64,000 nucleotides of DNA from Takakia lepidozioides (GCA_030704615.1 CM060732.1:18910001-18974000), one strand, 5' to 3'. Positions 38,401 through 50,600 are shown, counted from the stretch's first letter. Notes: a model not told the origin generated them from the letters alone. A program made the numbers and translations.

Positions 38401-41400
38401 AGTACATTAATGTCTCTGTGACTAAATGCCGGCCTTGTGACCTCGTGTCCTTGTTTGTTTCGACCTGAAGCGCTTTGCTTCAGGTAAGGTAGTGCATTGG
38501 ATTTAGTTGGAAAGCTTGGGGCCTTTCCCTCTTTAGAATATGCCTACACGGGCCATTCCCTGCAACTCCCTGGAGTGTGATCTCTGAATGGTAACAAGCG
38601 GACTCCTACCGCTTGGGGGCAGCCCCTCCGCCCAAATTGGGCAGTCGTATGCTCTGTCTAGCATACTCGGCACTTGGGCTCGGGTTGGTTCCTGTGCTTA
38701 AACTTATGGCCTGCGAAAACAATCAAAAATTTAGCTCCTATCAACATCAACACTCCTCAGGGTGATCCCTGGGAATTGGTTACTTATGCCAAATCTAGGG
38801 CTTCATGTGTAGTTTTTGGGGTGAATCCCAGGATGGACGATGTGTCCTTTAAAACTACATGCTCTAGCTTAGGCTTGGATTTCATGGCTAATGGTACCAT
38901 CTCGAGACTTGATAACAGGGGTACGTTGAAGGTTGCAATGACCAAAAGTGCTTCTAATAGAGTCCCGCATCAATTCAATCTCAAAGAAGTTCGTCCCTAG
39001 ACTGGCTGGAGAGCGGTCTTAGACATTGGTGATTCAATGGGGCGCTCTAGGAAGACAACCAAGGGCAACAACTTCAACTTGAGAGTTTCTAATCGGTTTG
39101 ACGCTCTGGATGAATCCAAACAGCCAGAAGGACAAGATGCCCCTAAGTGTACGGAACCTGAACGTCCTGAATCTGAAGGATTTGGTACTCTGAATGGTTT
39201 ACCAATCCTCAAGGTTTACACAAGACGAACAAATTCTATACACGGGGTAATTGTCCCCAAGCCGTCAGATGGACAATCTGTCCCTAAGTGTGCAGAGCCT
39301 GAAGGATTTGGTACTCTAAATGGTTTACCAATCCTCAAAGTCTACACAAGACGAGCAAAATCTATACACGGGGTAATTGTCCCCAAGCAGTCTGACGGAC
39401 AATCTGCCCCTATGTGTGCGGAGCCTGTGCGTCGTGTAACTGAAAGATTTGGTACCCTGAATGGTTTACCAATTCTCAAAGTTTACACAAGACGAGCAAA
39501 ATCTACACATGGGGTAACTGTCCCCCCTTTGCAGAACGGTTGGCAGTCCAGGAGCAATCACAAGCTACCTGGACGACAAACAATTCACACGCAAAGGGCT
39601 GGCTTGCGGCTGGCCACTTTCAACTTCTCAGGGTTGACCAACCAAAGGAAACAACTTGAAGTGGGACAAGTTCTTCGGACTAATGATATTCATATCTGTG
39701 CTGGGCAAGAAACATGGGAAACGTCGGATAAACTGGTTGGAGATGTCATTGGTTATAAATGGGCAGGTAAGATGTGTACTCTCAAGGCAGCCTCTGCCAA
39801 ACGCGGTCAAAAAGGGGTCGGATTCTTTGTCCGTGATTTCTTGTTTGACAATTGTGAAATTATCAACAAGGGTTTGAGGTACGAGCATAGTATCTGGCTA
39901 AAACTGAATTTGAAGGGCGGCATGAGTACAAAGGACCTCTTTGTTGGTTGTGTTTACATGCCCACAGAGGGGACCCTTAGTGCTGACGCAGACAAGGCCT
40001 TCGAAGATGTAAAGCTGGACTGTGCTTCGTTCCTTGCCAAAGGTCAGGTGGTACTATGGGGGACTTCAATGCCCGGGTGGGCAAAGGGATCCATCAGGAC
40101 GATATCATTGGACCTTTTGGTGAGGACGAGCTGAATTCTAATGGCAGACGGTTAATTAACTTTCTAGAAGAGCTTCAGCTTTTGACCTTGAATAACAGGA
40201 CAAGAGGTGATCAAGTGCAGTGGACTCGTGAGAAACCCCAAACTGGGGAACGTTCCATTGTGGACTATATCATAATGGACAAAATTTTGTTCCCCCAGTG
40301 TGCCAATGTGTTGATCGACAGAACTGATATTGGTACCTCTGACCACTTCCTGGTTTGGACTGAGATCAAAAGGTGTTTTCCCACCACCAAGAGATCTGTG
40401 AAACGTTCGATTCGGAAGTGGCGCATAGAAAAATTCCACAATGAGGAGGTCAAGGCTGAGTACGTCCAGGCCTTGCAAGAGGCTCTCCCTCATTTTGTCC
40501 AATCGCTCCAAGAACTTCAGTCACGCTCTGTTAACGCAAGAAATGAAGTCGAAAGAGCAGTGGACTCTTGGGAGAGTTCCGTTTCCTCCGTGGCTGACAA
40601 GATCATTGGGAGGAAACTAATTGTCTGCGGTAGAGCAGTTAATTGGTGGACTAATGAGATTAAACTCAAGATAGCTGAGAGACGAGCCCTCTATAAAGAG
40701 TGCTGCAATTTGGAAACCAACAGAGAATTGTGGGCGAGGTACTACCAGCTCTGTAAAGATATCAATCAGCTTGTTAGGTCTCAGAAGAAATTATACTGGG
40801 ACAAGTTATACAGTGAAATAAACTCAAACCACCATGGTGGTAATGGACAAGAAATTCTGGTTGGCCCTTCAACGTTTGTACAAACCGAAAAACGGTCAGC
40901 AAGTACAAGCGCTGAAGACTACTAAAGGTGCAGTGGTGACTTCATCGGTTGACATTGTCAAAACCTTTGAAACTCACTACAGTATCCTTGGCAGAACTTC
41001 TAGGTCTAACAGTGAGGGGTCTTCTGCTGAATGGAGGGACACAGTTGGAAAAACTGTTCCTATGATTCAAAACAGCCCTGATGAACTGGAGTATATTTCA
41101 ATGGCTTATAATGCTCCCATTAGTTCTTCTGAGATTGTGGAAGCAATTGAACATTTAAATGGATATAAAGCTGGTGGACCTGATGGTATTGTCAACGAGC
41201 TTATCAAGCACGGTGGCGATCCCATGATAGAGGCCCTAGTTCTCCTCTTTAACCTTATCTGGAAGACTGAAATGATCCCCTTTCGCTGGCGACAGGGGGT
41301 CATTGTCAATCTATACAAGAAGGGTGACAGAGAAGAACCGGGGAACTACCGTGGCATCACGCTCCTCAATGCTGTTGGCAAGACATTCTGCAGAGTTATA

Positions 41401-44400
41401 AGTACTCGTCTCGAGGTTGATCTGGAGTCTAGAGGTTGTTTCCACGAAGGCCAAGCTGGCTTTCGGCGAAACAGGGGTTGTGTGGATCATATCTTCACTC
41501 TAAGCCAGATTATCCAGGGAAGGAAAAAAGAAGGGAAACCCACTTATGTCTTTTTCCTGGATGTCAAAAAGGCTTATGACACAGTGTGGAGAGATGGCCT
41601 ATGGTTCCGCCTCTGGTCTTGTGGGATCAAGGGAAAGATGTGGAGAGTTGTCCACAACTTGTATGCTCACACCAAAAGCTGTGTCACTGTTAACGGACAG
41701 AAGTCCAACTTCTTTGACATAGACCAAGGTGTAGCTCAAGGATGTACTCTCTCCCCTCTGCTCTTCAATGTTTTCATCAATCAACTCCTCGAGGATGTGG
41801 AAAGTGAGGGATTTGGGTTAAGGGTGGGTGATACCACCATACCAGCCCTTACGTTGCGGATGACTTCGCAGGCATAGGGGAGACTCCAACCAATCTCCAG
41901 GAGTTGATTGATTGCGCGAAGAGATACTTTGATCTTTGGGGGCTAGAGGCTAATGTCAGCAAATGTGCAGTGGTAGCATTCAACGACAGAGGAGAGGGAG
42001 GAAGTGATCTTAAGTGGCAGTGGGGTAGCCAAGAGATCCCGGTCCTCCCTTCCTACACTTACCTGGGCGTTGAGTTCTCCTCCAATTGTAATTGGGATGC
42101 ACATATCCGGAAAGTTGTTCAAACTGGCAAGGGCAAAGCTCTGGGGCTCACTAAATTTTTCCACTGCAGAGGGGTCAACTCTGAGGTCAAGAAAACCATG
42201 CTTTGTCGCGTTATTAGACCTGCCTTGGAGTACGGATCTGCTATATGGGTTGATAACTCCAACCAGGCTAAGTCTCTAGAATCCATTCAAGTGGGGGTGC
42301 TTAAGGAGTGTATGTCAGCATGCTCCTAAACAGCCAATGTGGCTGTTCGGGGTGAGTTTGGCATTCCGTCCTTAAGCTCCTGACGAGATGAATTCAAGGT
42401 CAGATGGTGGGGTCAGCTGCAACATATGCCCAACACCAGATATCCTAAGTTAATCGACTCTATATCTTGGAAACAGGACCGCCCTGTCAAACAGGCTAAG
42501 TCCTGGCAGAAGAGAGTAGAAGAGATCCTCAAGGACCTGGACCTGGATCCGCAAGTCTTGACCCTGCTGGATAAATCTGACTTAGAGGCTGTAGTGTCCT
42601 CAGCCATGTCTGTTGCCATGAGATTGTCTGATGAAAATGAAGTTAGGCAGAAAACTTCCCTGAACTTGTTTCCAGTCTGTGACATGGGGGAGGACATCTT
42701 GGATGACCTCAAGGGTCTACCCACTCTCGGCACTAGACTGAAATTTAAACTCAGGGCAGGAAGCCTACCTTTGAACAGCAAACAGAAGCAGAGAGGAAAG
42801 GGAGAGTGCAATTGCCCGTTGTGTGGGCAATCTGAAGACAGTATTCATTTTCTGATACACTGTCCGGGGTTCTCTCACCAAAGAGACGCTCTCTTCAAAT
42901 CTATTAAGGGAATTGTGCCTGTACCCCTGTTTACCAACTTTGAAAGTCTCGAGGCTGAGCCAAAAGCCCAGGCCCTCCTGAGGCCTAGTTTTTGGGCAAA
43001 TCACACACAGCAGATTGATGCTTGTGTGAAGGGATTTCTAGAGGATATCTGGAAAACCCGGATTAATTCTTTATATGGAGGTAAGTCTTACTACCAACGT
43101 CAGCCCCCTGACAGAGATAGGTTCTGTCCCTTTTGTTCCCGCTCAAACTGGGCGCGGGGTCCATGGCCACAAGGCTACGGCAAACAACGTCTTATGAGTA
43201 CAATCTACACCTTCCCATATGTAGAGAGAGAGAGAGAATGTACTCATAAGATGTTGTTTGCCATAGCCTTGTGGCCATTGACCCCGCGCTCAGTTTGAGC
43301 GGAACATAAAGGGACAGAAACTACCTTTGTCAGGGGCTGACGCTGATAGTATGACTAACCTTGGAACAGACAATTACTCGGAGTTTTCCAGATATCCTCT
43401 AGAAACCCTTTCACACAAGCATCAATCTGCTGTGTGTGGTTTGCCCAATAACTGGGCCCCAAAAGGACCTGGGCTTTCGGCTCAGCCTCAAGACTTTCAA
43501 AGTTGGTAAACAGAGGTTCAGGCACAATTCCTTTGATGGATTTGAAGGGGGCGTCTCTATGGTGAGAATACCCAGGACAATGAATCAGAAATGAATATTG
43601 TCTTCAGGTTGCCCACACAACGGGCATTTGAAATCCCCATTTCCTCTCTGCTTCTGTTTGCTGTTCAAAGGTAGGCTTCCTGCCCAGAGTTTAAATTGCA
43701 ATGGGATGCAAAACAAAAGAGTTGCATTTGGGAAGTATACCCTCAGATCCTCAGTATGCCCATCCTCCACAGCATCTCCTGCCACATGAGTAAATCCTCA
43801 TCCCCATGTTAGAACTAAAGCTAGCCCACTTCTGCAGAGGTCGTCCACTGTGAGCCAGTTAGGCAAGCTGAACCAGCAATCTCATCCTAGCAAATCACCA
43901 TGTCTTTGACGCCATCTCTCTTGACCTCATCAAATACCATAGCCACAAACAAAAGCAAACGTATTCATACGATTTAGCATACTCAGTGAAACCACCTTTC
44001 TTGACTTCACTATCATCAATGGCTTTATACTCCATGTTCTTAAGGGCTAGCTCCACGCCATAACCACCGAGACTTACTGGGCCACCTGCCCCCACACGAG
44101 CACACCTATCGGCGATTGATTCGCAACCAGATGGCAGCACTGGGCGTATCACATACTTGACTAGCCCCTGTCAACAACAAAGCATCCAAGCATGAGTGTT
44201 TGATGAGCACCTGGTACAGCCATATGTGACAGGGGAAATCACAGGCATTGCTTATTGCTGGTTGAAACTTTGAGTTTCCTGTGGATGTTATAAAGCTTGC
44301 TTCTTTCTATCATTCGCAGTTTTGTTTTATTACTCTCTCCATCAAATCAGTCCATCACTCAAGCAGACAAATACTTGGCTGCATGAGGCAAACGTAGGTG

Positions 44401-46129
44401 AATTGTTGACATTGAATGTTGTACATGGACACATCAAGTCCATACTTGCAAAACATAATAAAACCAAACTTGCTTCACTTTTCTCCCCACTATAACTCCA
44501 CAAGCATGCCAATCTACAGGAATCAAATACCTGTTTAGAGGCATCAGCCAAAAGCGTGTGAAATCGGGCAAAACATGGTACTCCAATTGCCGCATAGAGG
44601 ACAGCAGTGACATCAGCCTCCTCAGACCCTGGGTGAATGTGGTCAAACTCAAATAATTCAGGCTGCTTTACTGCATCCAAAGACCTGTGCCCGCACCAGC
44701 ATTATCCTACAGAAGAGAGGGTCCAACCAGCAATAGTTTACTGCCTAGCCTTCATAGGTGAAGAGCCATATGGTCAATAAAAGCGACCATATGGAACTAC
44801 AGATGTCGAGGCCTGCTCAGGCATCACACTTTCCCTATTGCCTGTTGATGCAACGAGGCCCTGTCCCCAAAGATCAGAAGTGATACCACAGTTTTGGCTC
44901 AAAGTATGCGACCAGGGTAGTGAAGGGTACAGACACATGTGCAAGTTCTCTGACAACCTCTGACCTAAACATGGTATACCGCCTCACAGGTAACATCAGT
45001 AAAAGTCAATATTCCACCCTTGGAGGTCACTTGGCCCTTGAGTCCTTACAGTTTCATAGTCTCCATTCAGTCACCTAGCTGTATGAGCTCTCTTCTACAG
45101 TTATGTGAAACAGTTGATTTATGCTGTCTCTTGTACAGGTGGAAGCTTTCTGTCTTCAGTAGACCTACACCTAATTGTTGCGTGGGATTTACCTCTCCTT
45201 GGTAGATTCCAACCAATCCAAAAGCTCTGACTCTTCTAACACAGCCCGGGAACCTGTATCCACCCAACAACAACTCCCTTGTGGAGCTGCCGGATTCTCA
45301 CTCATCGCCCACCGATCAACATCTGTGGCCCCAGGAGCTTCATTTGGGGCAACCTTCCAGTCAGCGGTCTCTCGCAATCCATGGTTCTCCAGTGCAGAGT
45401 GTGTAAACAAGCACTCCTGGGCTAGCTGGCGGTATAGAACGAGCTTCGGAGAAGCTGTGCGAAGGAGGAGAGACAAATGGAAAAGAGGGGAGAGGGGGTG
45501 GCCAAGTAGAGAGCTTCCTTGAGCCACAATATGTTGAACACATTGTTTGTCTGTTGAGTGCACACCCCAGGCCTCGCTTGCCAGCCATTGATCCACAAAC
45601 AGCCAAAAGAGGTCCTTCCTCTCCTTTGCCAACAGCTCACTGCAAAGAGAGTATGTGGACAGAATCAGTTTTCAGACCCTAATCATGCCGATATCCAACA
45701 TCACCTACAGAGTAATTAGCAAAAACCTAGAAGGAACACAAAATTCAACCCAGCCATTCCAATCCACATGCGTGAGCTGCCAGTATTGGAGCTCACAGTA
45801 CTGCACTCACCAGAACAACACAAAGATATAATAAACTAAACATCAGCCTTTCTCGAAGGCGGGTTTGGGATTGCTCGTTCTCCTCTCTCTCCTTCATATA
45901 TCATGCATGGTCTTCCAAGCACACAGCTCCCCCTCAAACAACACATGAAATCACCTGTCAAAGTACAGATGAGCCAATACCTGGCCTCTAATAGGAGAGG
46001 GGTGCCTGTCCACTTGGCACGCACGGAAACATTCACACTCTTCGACTGGTGATGCATTCCAGCAGTTGCCACGCCCCTCAATGTGCCCACCAAAACTACT
46101 ACAAGTAGAGGAGTAAAAGAGAGAGCCAT
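20498..46129 (-). CDS. UGGT: UDP-glucose:glycoprotein glucosyltransferase (GT24, ER folding sensor), ~37 exons
   Basis: Exons were traced by eye with consistent phases. N-terminal signal peptide [15 protein letters not shown]; [16 protein letters not shown]; [20 protein letters not shown]; MQEINQNFP; YLNNLEED; [13 protein letters not shown]; LPLKNFYRY; [13 protein letters not shown]; [18 protein letters not shown]; [20 protein letters not shown]; [13 protein letters not shown]; DxD motif [10 protein letters not shown]; [11 protein letters not shown]; [12 protein letters not shown]; WLWCESWC; [14 protein letters not shown]; C-terminal ..AAEL ER-retrieval-like end. First exons 46129-45981, 45639-45193, 44684-44531, 44167-43996, 43778-43741; last exon ~20729-20498. 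The start ATG is chosen by the signal peptide; upstream in-frame ATGs exist. Confidence 0.96.
30080..30340 (-). mobile_element. 3' fragment of the intronic LINE family
   Basis: Reverse complement matches the LINE 3' end (CAAGGCTACGGCAAA...CTTATGAGTACA, CTCGAGGCTGAGCC). Confidence 0.8.
33681..34320 (+). mobile_element. 5'-truncated copy of the intronic LINE family
   Basis: Colinear with 42565-43200 (CTGCTGGATAAATCTG...CTTATGAGTACATTCTCTC). Confidence 0.9.
34388..34676 (+). mobile_element. Internally deleted 3' fragment of the same LINE
   Basis: AAACTCAGGGC...CCTACCTTTGAACAGCAAAC...CTAGAGGATATCTGGAAAACCCG...CACAAGGCTAC...CTTATG. Confidence 0.85.
38395..43205 (+). mobile_element. Near full-length APE-type LINE (RTE/RTEX-like), antisense in UGGT intron 5, with disrupted ORF
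   Basis: Endonuclease motifs [24 protein letters not shown]; RT motifs [44 protein letters not shown], frameshifted (F)ADD, YLGV; C-terminal CPLC..H..C. At least three frameshifts and three stops. The clade call is inference. Confidence 0.93.
43222..43697 (-). mobile_element. Inverted 3' fragment of the same LINE, tail-to-tail with the long copy
   Basis: Reverse complement matches ~42740-43200 and ends CTTATGAGTACATTCTCTCTCTCTC. Confidence 0.92.
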
Positions 46130-46319
46130 AGTTCTCCTCCTCGCCAAATTTTTTGCATGGAAAGCGATCTCTGCTTGCATTGCAGGCATGTCTCTCCTGC
46201 GTGTCCAAGGCCTTGGCACCCAATGCAGCCCTTGAATGCTTTGTACAGTGGCCACTACTTCCTCAACACCTCTTTCTTTGATTCCAGGAGCTTCAGGCCA
46301 ACTTCTCACGATCTACTGC

Positions 46320-46787
46320 GCCTCAGAATTTTGTGTGGCGTCGTCGTAATGAGGCCGCAGGGTGCAGAGGGGACAGGACCTGACAGCGTCCCCGCTACAT
46401 TAAAAAAATCCCTATTCCCCTGTTTCTCTTATATATCGAAAAAACGTTGGCATGGCGGAGGTTGTGGTCTGGTGGTAGGTCGATGGCGATGTGGCGATGC
46501 AGGTCTTAGGTTCCATTCCTTGAACGTAGTTCCGGTGATTGGTACTTATTGTAACTACCTCGGAGGTGGTATGCAACTACTCTCATGCAGGTAGTTCAGC
46601 ATGGTTTTGCAACTACCTTCATGTAGAAAATCCTAAAACTACCTGCATGGAGGTAGTTGTAAAATTCATATGCCAAAAAAATTCTAAGTCCTTGACGCAT
46701 GAAGGTAGTTTGCTCCTATATTAATGAGACGGCCTGACGGTTGTATGACCAGCCTCATAACGACGAGGCCACACAAAATTCTGAGCC
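46320..46787. mobile_element. Mutator-like MITE immediately upstream of the UGGT start codon
   Basis: ~36-bp TIRs G(C/G)CTCAGAATTTTGTGTGGC(G/C)TCGTCGT(A/T)ATGAGGC; 9-bp TSD ATCTACTGC (46311-19) / ATCTACTAC (46788-96); internal AACTACC..GGTAGTT palindromic units. Confidence 0.85.
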
Positions 46788-47289
46788 ATCTACTACCTTG
46801 CCTATCGTTGACTCCATGGGGTTGGTTGGCTCCAAATCTTACAGGCGTCACGGAAACTATAAATCATAATATCATGTGGAACTGGTGAGAACTGGAGAGT
46901 CTTCTTTCTGGAATGTCTTTCTTCAACAAGAAAATATTCCATGAACTAGAGCTCTATTTTCGCTTCGCAACGGGTTTCGAACTCTAGATGGAATTTCGAT
47001 GGATGAAAAATGTTGTTGCATGAGCTTGTGAAGCCTTAAAACAAGAGGGAGAATAATCTCTTGTCCGCTCAAGTATAGAACAAAACGACAAGGGGCGAGC
47101 AAGTAGGAGCGTGCATTCACGCGAGAAGAGGATCTCAACAAGCAAACTGACAGAAAATCATCTACATGTCTCGCAATTAGACAACTTTACACATCTATAT
47201 ACACCAGAGTACAACAACTCAAAATGAGTCTTCTTGGTGCTAGCATGCACGACGGTGCGATAAGCAAAGAGAATAGGGGGAAGAAAGGT

Positions 47290-47985
47290 ATCTCACTCCC
47301 TGGTAAGTGCGTCATTCTTCTCCAACATGCGGCAAAGAGTTTGGTTGGTAAGGCCATTGGTCTGGGGATGGTATGGGGCTGTGGTGGAATGCTTGACACC
47401 AAAGTTGAAGCACACCACCGTGAGAAGCTGGTTACAAAACTCCTTGCCCTGATCCGTTAGTATCTCCCGAGGACACCCATGCCGCATAAGGATCTCATTG
47501 AAGAAGAACTGAGCTACAGCATCACTAGTCTTGGTACGCAAAGGCCGGACTTCTACCCACTTAGTCAACTAGTCGGTAGCTACACAAAGATAGCTTCGAC
47601 CCTTTGATGTGAGTGCGAGGGGTTCTTCCAAATCAATGCCAACACGAGCAAAAGCATGTGTAACATGCAAAAGCTGCAGCTCATACAAGATCCGGGCCCT
47701 CGGGAAAGCAATGTTAGCACGACAACCTTCACACTTAGAGATGAACTTCGTGACATCCCGGTGAATTCCCAACCAATAGTAAACCTCTTGGATGCGGGCC
47801 ACGGTTTTCTTGATACAAATGTGACCTGCATACAAACAATGAAAACGCTCCAAGAAAGCATTCAGCTGGCTCCGTGGTGGCACCTCCAAATAACATGGCA
47901 TTCCCCCTCTAGTGAGCTCCTTGAAAAGCTTATCACCCATGAAACGGTGAGTAGACACATGATAAAGAATTTGCTTGCGCAAGGG
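47290..47985 (-). pseudogene. Ty3/gypsy integrase fragment
   Basis: HHCC-like H..AGH....TVARIQEVYYW..IHRDV..FISKCEGC, core GIDL..PL, TKWVEVRPL, ILTDQGKEF, APYHPQTNGL. Confidence 0.9.
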
Positions 47986-49470
47986 CACGCTGAAACAGGA
48001 GACTATGAGCGTGGGAGAGTTTAAGACGAGATTTGAAACCCATGCCAGTTATTTCCCCTCGTTGAGTGAAGAGGACAAAGTTGTTTTTTTTGTTGATGGC
48101 CTCAGTGATTCTCTCAAATTTAAGGTCAAGGCCCACAATCCTCGTACCGAGGCAGAAGCATATCGTTTGGCCTGTAATTTTGAGAATGAAGTGAGGGCAC
48201 AACGTTCTTCGAATTTTGCTCGTGGCACGGCAGAGTTCAAGCCTAGATCATCTAGTCCTTGGCAGTCACCAGTGAAGAGAGGGAATTGGAAGAGATTTAA
48301 ACCGTTTAAGAAGGTGGGGGATCAAGCTACACGGAGACCGGCCATGAGGGCTTCTCCAAGGCTCAGTTTCAAAGAGCAGGAAGAACACAGGCGTAAGTTT
48401 GTGTTTCTTGTGCCATGAACTCGGACACAGAGCTGTTGAGTGTATGAAGTACCCGAATTATCGTCAAGCTCGACAGATAGCCGCCTTGACAGTTGAAGAA
48501 CCTGCAAAACCTTGTGCGGTTGTTGAAACTGGGGAGAAGTCAGGACAAGAAAAAGGGAAAGGTCCTAATGTGCGGGTTTATGCGGCTATCATTGGAGACC
48601 AAATAGAGCATGACCCTAGTGTGATACGGGTTTAGGGGAGAGTGGCGGGAATTCCCACTCAAGTGCTGATTGATACAGGCAGCACTCATAACCTGTTGTC
48701 AAAGGATTTTGTTGACAAGTTGGGACTAGTTCAAGAAAACATGCAACCCTGTCAAATCTTGTTGCCAGATGGTGGCGTGAATTCTACGCACAGACACATC
48801 TCAAATGTACCAATGGTCATGCAAGGCGTACAAACTATGACTGACTTCGAGGTCTGGGAAGGAGCTCGATACGACTGCATCCCTGGCATGCGGTGGCTGA
48901 ATCCGGTTGATGCTGTGGTGACTTGCAAGTCCGGACTGGTTAGTGGTACCTTGCCCAACGGGAAGGGATTCAATATCAGAGGTACTAGAGCTCTTCTGTA
49001 CCTGTCTTGTCAGCTATTCAGATGAAGAGATGTATGCGAAAGGGAAATGCTCAGCTTTTTGCTGTTAGCTTGCATGAGGTCTTGGAAACAAATCAGGGAG
49101 AAGGGAGGTCACATCCCAGACTTGGCCTAATCCTAAATGAATATAAAGATATGTTTCCTGATGAGATCCCTGGGATGCCCCCTGAACGGGAGGTCGATCA
49201 TGCTATCGAGTTGATGTCAGATGTTGTACCGGTTGCAAAGGCACCGTACAGGCATTCAATTGCAGAAAGTGAAGAGTTAGAAAGGCAGTTGAATGACCTA
49301 TTGGAAAAGGGGTATATACGTCCAAGTAAATCCCCTTGGGGTGCCCCTGTAATGTTTAAGAAGAAGAAAGACGGGACTTTGAGACTGTGTGTGGACTATA
49401 GATGGTTGAATAAGGTCACCATCAAGAATAAGTTTCATTTGCCTCGTGTGGACGATTTGTTTGACTATCT
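47975..49470 (+). mobile_element. Fragment of a different Ty3/gypsy family (gag, CCHC, protease, RT N-terminus)
   Basis: [78 protein letters not shown]. Confidence 0.9.
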
Positions 49471-49865
49471 CTATGCTCCGCCTGCAGATCTCTTCTGATG
49501 CACCTCTTCGTATGTTTCTGCAGGGACTGAGTCCAGTGGAATAGACATGTGCGCTCCCTATTAGGCATGGGTACCTTTGGATCACCAGATCCAAAAACTT
49601 GGCGCACAACGTTGAAGTTTAGCCACAATGTCTCTTTTCATAATAGACCAGCTCTGCAATATCAGGGTCCACATAACATTGCTTCACTACAAACCTGCAC
49701 ATGCATCCCCTCTTGATGCCTTCCCCCAATTTTGTTTGTGTGGTCCTTGCTTGTTTTGGCTTTGCTTCAGTGGAAGCGGCTGTGACTCTTGGCTTCCTCC
49801 CCTTCTTCTTTGCAGGTTTTGCTCGGCGTTTATTGTGTGCCATTGTAGGGGTAACATCCAAGAGG
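49470..49865 (-). mobile_element. Deleted MULE/SWIM-type transposase-like fragment
   Basis: KRGCMCRFVVKQCYVDPDIAELVYYEKRH (WRKY/GCM1-like C..C..H) joined to CLFHWTQSLQKHT (CxxH motif of Mutator-type transposases). Family assignment is from memory. Confidence 0.55.
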
Positions 49866-50259
49866 GCCGTAGTTCGCCCAAGAAGAAACTGATGGCTTAA
49901 TCACACCAGCATCTAGCATTTTCTGGACTTCTTCTTGGACTATGGCACGCTCTTTGACACTCTCTCGGTACGCAAATTGCTTAAGAAGAGGTCCGTCAGT
50001 AACAATGTCATGTTGAAGGATTGGAGTACGCCCTAGATCAGCAGATCCTAAGCTGAAAATATCTAGATTTTTTGCAATAAGCATCTCCACTCTTCTCTTT
50101 TGGCCTGATGATAGGGTGGTGCCTAATTTGATTTCAGACAGCACTTTGGTGAGGACAGACTTACCTTCAGGATTGAGATCAGGGATAGGTGGGGGTGCCA
50201 TTGCAGCAAAAACATCAACAGCATCCAAAGGCCCATGTTGTATGTCAATGGCTTCTAGC

Positions 50260-50600
50260 CCGAAACCAGCTTGTACTTCTTGTATTTCAGCAATGGGTAA
50301 AGCAGTGATGCGAGCCAGGACCTGTCCCTTCTTAATAGTCACAGGAAAACGCTCCGGATTAGCAATTAAAATCTTGACTTCCAGCCTATATCCTCTATCT
50401 ATGACACCAGTAGTCATCAAACAATGTTTGAGAGCAGTAAGTCTTCTCCAACCGTCTACTTCCAGGAAATGAGCAGCTGGGCACAAAAAGGCCAGACCAG
50501 ATTTGACCACTTTCTGGGTCATAGCAGGGATGGTGACATTCATGGGTGCACGAATCAGAGTGGAATTCTTTGGAATGGCTATGGGCACCCCTGTTCTACC
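50260..50600 (-). CDS. dUTPase-like domain in the gypsy pol
   Basis: VTIPAMTQKVVKSGLAF, motif 3 GVIDRGYR.EV, motif 4-like IKKGQVLARI. Motifs 1, 2 and 5 are degenerate. Confidence 0.75.
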
